Source: Octopus sinensis
Lineage: Eukaryota
NCBI RefSeq assembly: GCF_006345805.1
Contig: NC_043005.1
Coordinates: 99,820,001 to 99,884,000 of the forward strand
Length of the DNA stretch: 64,000 nt
Reading direction: 5' to 3'
The notes below the pieces were generated by a model. It was not told the DNA's origin and did not search any database. It saw only the letters and a list, made by a program, of their open reading frames with translations. Positions 61,675 to 64,000 of this stretch are shown here, piece after piece. A program made the translations under genes and the position numbers. The first letter of the stretch is position 1; each line of letters opens with the position of its first letter.

Positions 61675-62075
61675 CAGAAGTGGCTGTGTGGTTAGTAGCT
61701 TGCTTACCAACTACATGGTTCCAGGTTCATTCCCACTGCATGGCACCTTGGGCAAGTGTCTTCTACTATAGCCTCAGACAAACTAAAGCCTTGTAAGTGG
61801 ATTTGGTAGACGGAAACTGAAAGAAGCCATTCGTATATATATATGTATATGTATATATATGTGTGTGTGTGTGTCTGTGTTAGTCCCCCGCCCCCAACAT
61901 TGCTTGATAACCGATGCTGGTGTGTTTACGTCCCCATAACCTAGCAGTTCAGCAAAAGAGACCGATAGAATAAGTACTAGGCTTATAAAGAATAAGTCTT
62001 GGGGTCCATTTGCTCGAATAAAGGTGGTGATCCAGCATGGCCATAGTCAAATGACTGAAAAGAGTAAAAGAGTAT
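61675..62075 (+). mobile_element. SINE family A, full length
   Basis: Same motifs as other family A copies. Confidence 0.9.
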
Positions 62076-62914
62076 ATTTTCTGAATGACAAAAGACAGCA
62101 AAAAAAAAAAAGAAATTAAAGGAGAGAGTATGTGGGTAGTGGGGGGGTAGTGTGAGTTGGTTTTAGTTGGGAGGGGGAGCAGTGTGGTAAGGGGATTGTA
62201 AGAGCTTCCATGGTCAACGGTGCTGAAGAACATGTGGAGTACTTGTCTACATTCAAGCACATTCTCACATTAGAAGCATGTTATTGTCCATCACACACAC
62301 ACCACACATGCATACACACACACACACACACAGCACTATTTAATCAAAATTAACGACAGTTTACCTATATATATATACCTGCCTGCATCTGCATGAGACT
62401 TTCTACGCATATCCATACATACAGTCTGCATCTCTGTCTCAAACATACACATCAACACCTTCGCCCCCCCCCCACAGACACACCCACACACACCATATAC
62501 ACCATATACACCATACACATTTAATACATTCTTTTATGTAGATAAAAACGTACAAGAAATGTGCTCAGGTGTTTGAAACTATTGAGCAGGTTAAACAAAG
62601 ACAAGAGTTATGCTACAATTGTAATTCGATCAGTAAAACTGAATGTTTTTCATCATCATCATCGTTTAACGTCTGCTTTCCATGCTAGCATGGGTTGCAC
62701 GATTTTGATTGAGGTTTGGCGAACCAGATGGCTGCACCAGACTCCAATCTGATCTGGCAAAGTTTCTCCAGCTGGATGCCCTATATATGTGAGTGTATGC
62801 ATGGCGTATGTATGTGTGTATGCATGTGTGTGTGCATGCACATGCATATGTATGTGTATACATATATGTGTGAATCTATCTATCTATCTATATATATATA
62901 TATATATTTTTTTA

Positions 62915-63220
62915 ATTTTATTTATGCACCCTTTTCAACCCAGGTTTCCCAGTTTCTATGGCATATGCGTTCCCCCCCCCCCCCCAGCTGGACGGGATGC
63001 CAGTCCATCGCAGCGTTACTCAAGAATCAGGAAGAAAGAGTGAGGGAAAGTTGGGGCGAAAGAGTACAACAGGGGTTGCCACCACCCCCTGCCAGAGCCT
63101 CATAGAGCTTTAGGTGTTTTTGCTCAATAAACACATACAACGCCCGCTCTGGGAATTGAAACCACGATCCTCCGACTGCGAGTCTGCTGCTCTAACCACT
63201 GGGCTGTTGCACCTCCACAT
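62915..63220 (-). mobile_element. SINE family C
   Basis: Reverse complement of 5537-5850. Confidence 0.85.
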
Positions 63221-63244
63221 ATATATATATATATATATATATAT

Positions 63245-63540
63245 GGCACTCTGTTGGTTACAACAATGAGGGGATTCAGCCTGCTCATGAAATTAACGTG
63301 CAAGTGGCTGAGCACTCCACAGACACGTGTGCCCTTAGCGTAGTTCTAATGGAGATTCAGCATAACACAGAGTGTGACAAGGCTGACCTTTTGAAATACA
63401 GGTACTACACATTTTTGCCAGCTGATTGGACTGGAGCAATGTGAAATAAAGTGTCTTGCTCAAGGACATAATGCATCACCAGGAATTGAACTCACAACTT
63501 TGTGATAATGAGCCGAATGCCCTAACCACTAAGCCATGCA
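63245..63540 (-). mobile_element. SINE family D
   Basis: Homologous to 38180-38560. Confidence 0.8.
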
Positions 63541-64000
63541 TGAATGAATAAATAAATAAATGATTTCTTTTCTTTGATATTTGAAGATTTTCCTTCACAG
63601 AAGTCAAGACTCTTTTGTTTGATTCATGACAGCTCCTGAGATTTGTATATATGTGAATAAGTTAATTAACAGCAGTCTGTCAAGTCCAAGGAAGACAGTT
63701 CTGCAATGTCTTGCTGAGAAACTTGCACAAATGTTTTGTTGTTTAAAGTGATCAGATGTATGTGCTGCCCATTAGCTGATTTTCTCTATTGATTCAACAC
63801 TACCTGTACAGGTGCATGGTATGCCACACATCAAATGTTGGAGTGATCACAGAACAACATGAGATGAAGTGTTTTGCTCAAGAACACAATAAACTTCTCA
63901 GTTCCGGAATCGAACCCATGATCTCACAATATAGTGCAAGCCACTTACAGATATACTGCAGCAATGAGTTCAACAAGGAATTTAGCATGTAGGTGTGTGC

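Overview
AT-rich, repeat-saturated eukaryotic DNA. The SINE and RTE families suggest a cephalopod, probably Octopus (inference). No host gene, rRNA, true tRNA or CRISPR array can be called with confidence, and most listed ORFs are microsatellite or SINE artefacts. Retroelements include a near full-length CR1-group LINE (about 18590-23214, 926-aa APE+RT ORF), two 5'-truncated CR1-group LINEs, four RTE pieces plus many RTE 3' tails, a degraded Penelope-like RT and several tRNA-derived SINE families. DNA-transposon material includes DD34D mariner and DD37D remnants, MITEs and a decayed Helitron helicase. The most striking signal, invisible in the ORF track, is about ten minimal type-I hammerhead ribozyme motifs of the Penelope type, many inside fold-back palindromes. 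One belongs to a tRNA-headed SINE-like unit, and in another case the inverted copy starts at the predicted self-cleavage site. The long LINE also has an unusual ORF1 (Myb/SANT-like start plus tandem CCCH fingers) and a possible -1 frameshift signal before an AUG-less ORF2. All alignments and folds were done by eye, and SINE and tail boundaries are approximate.
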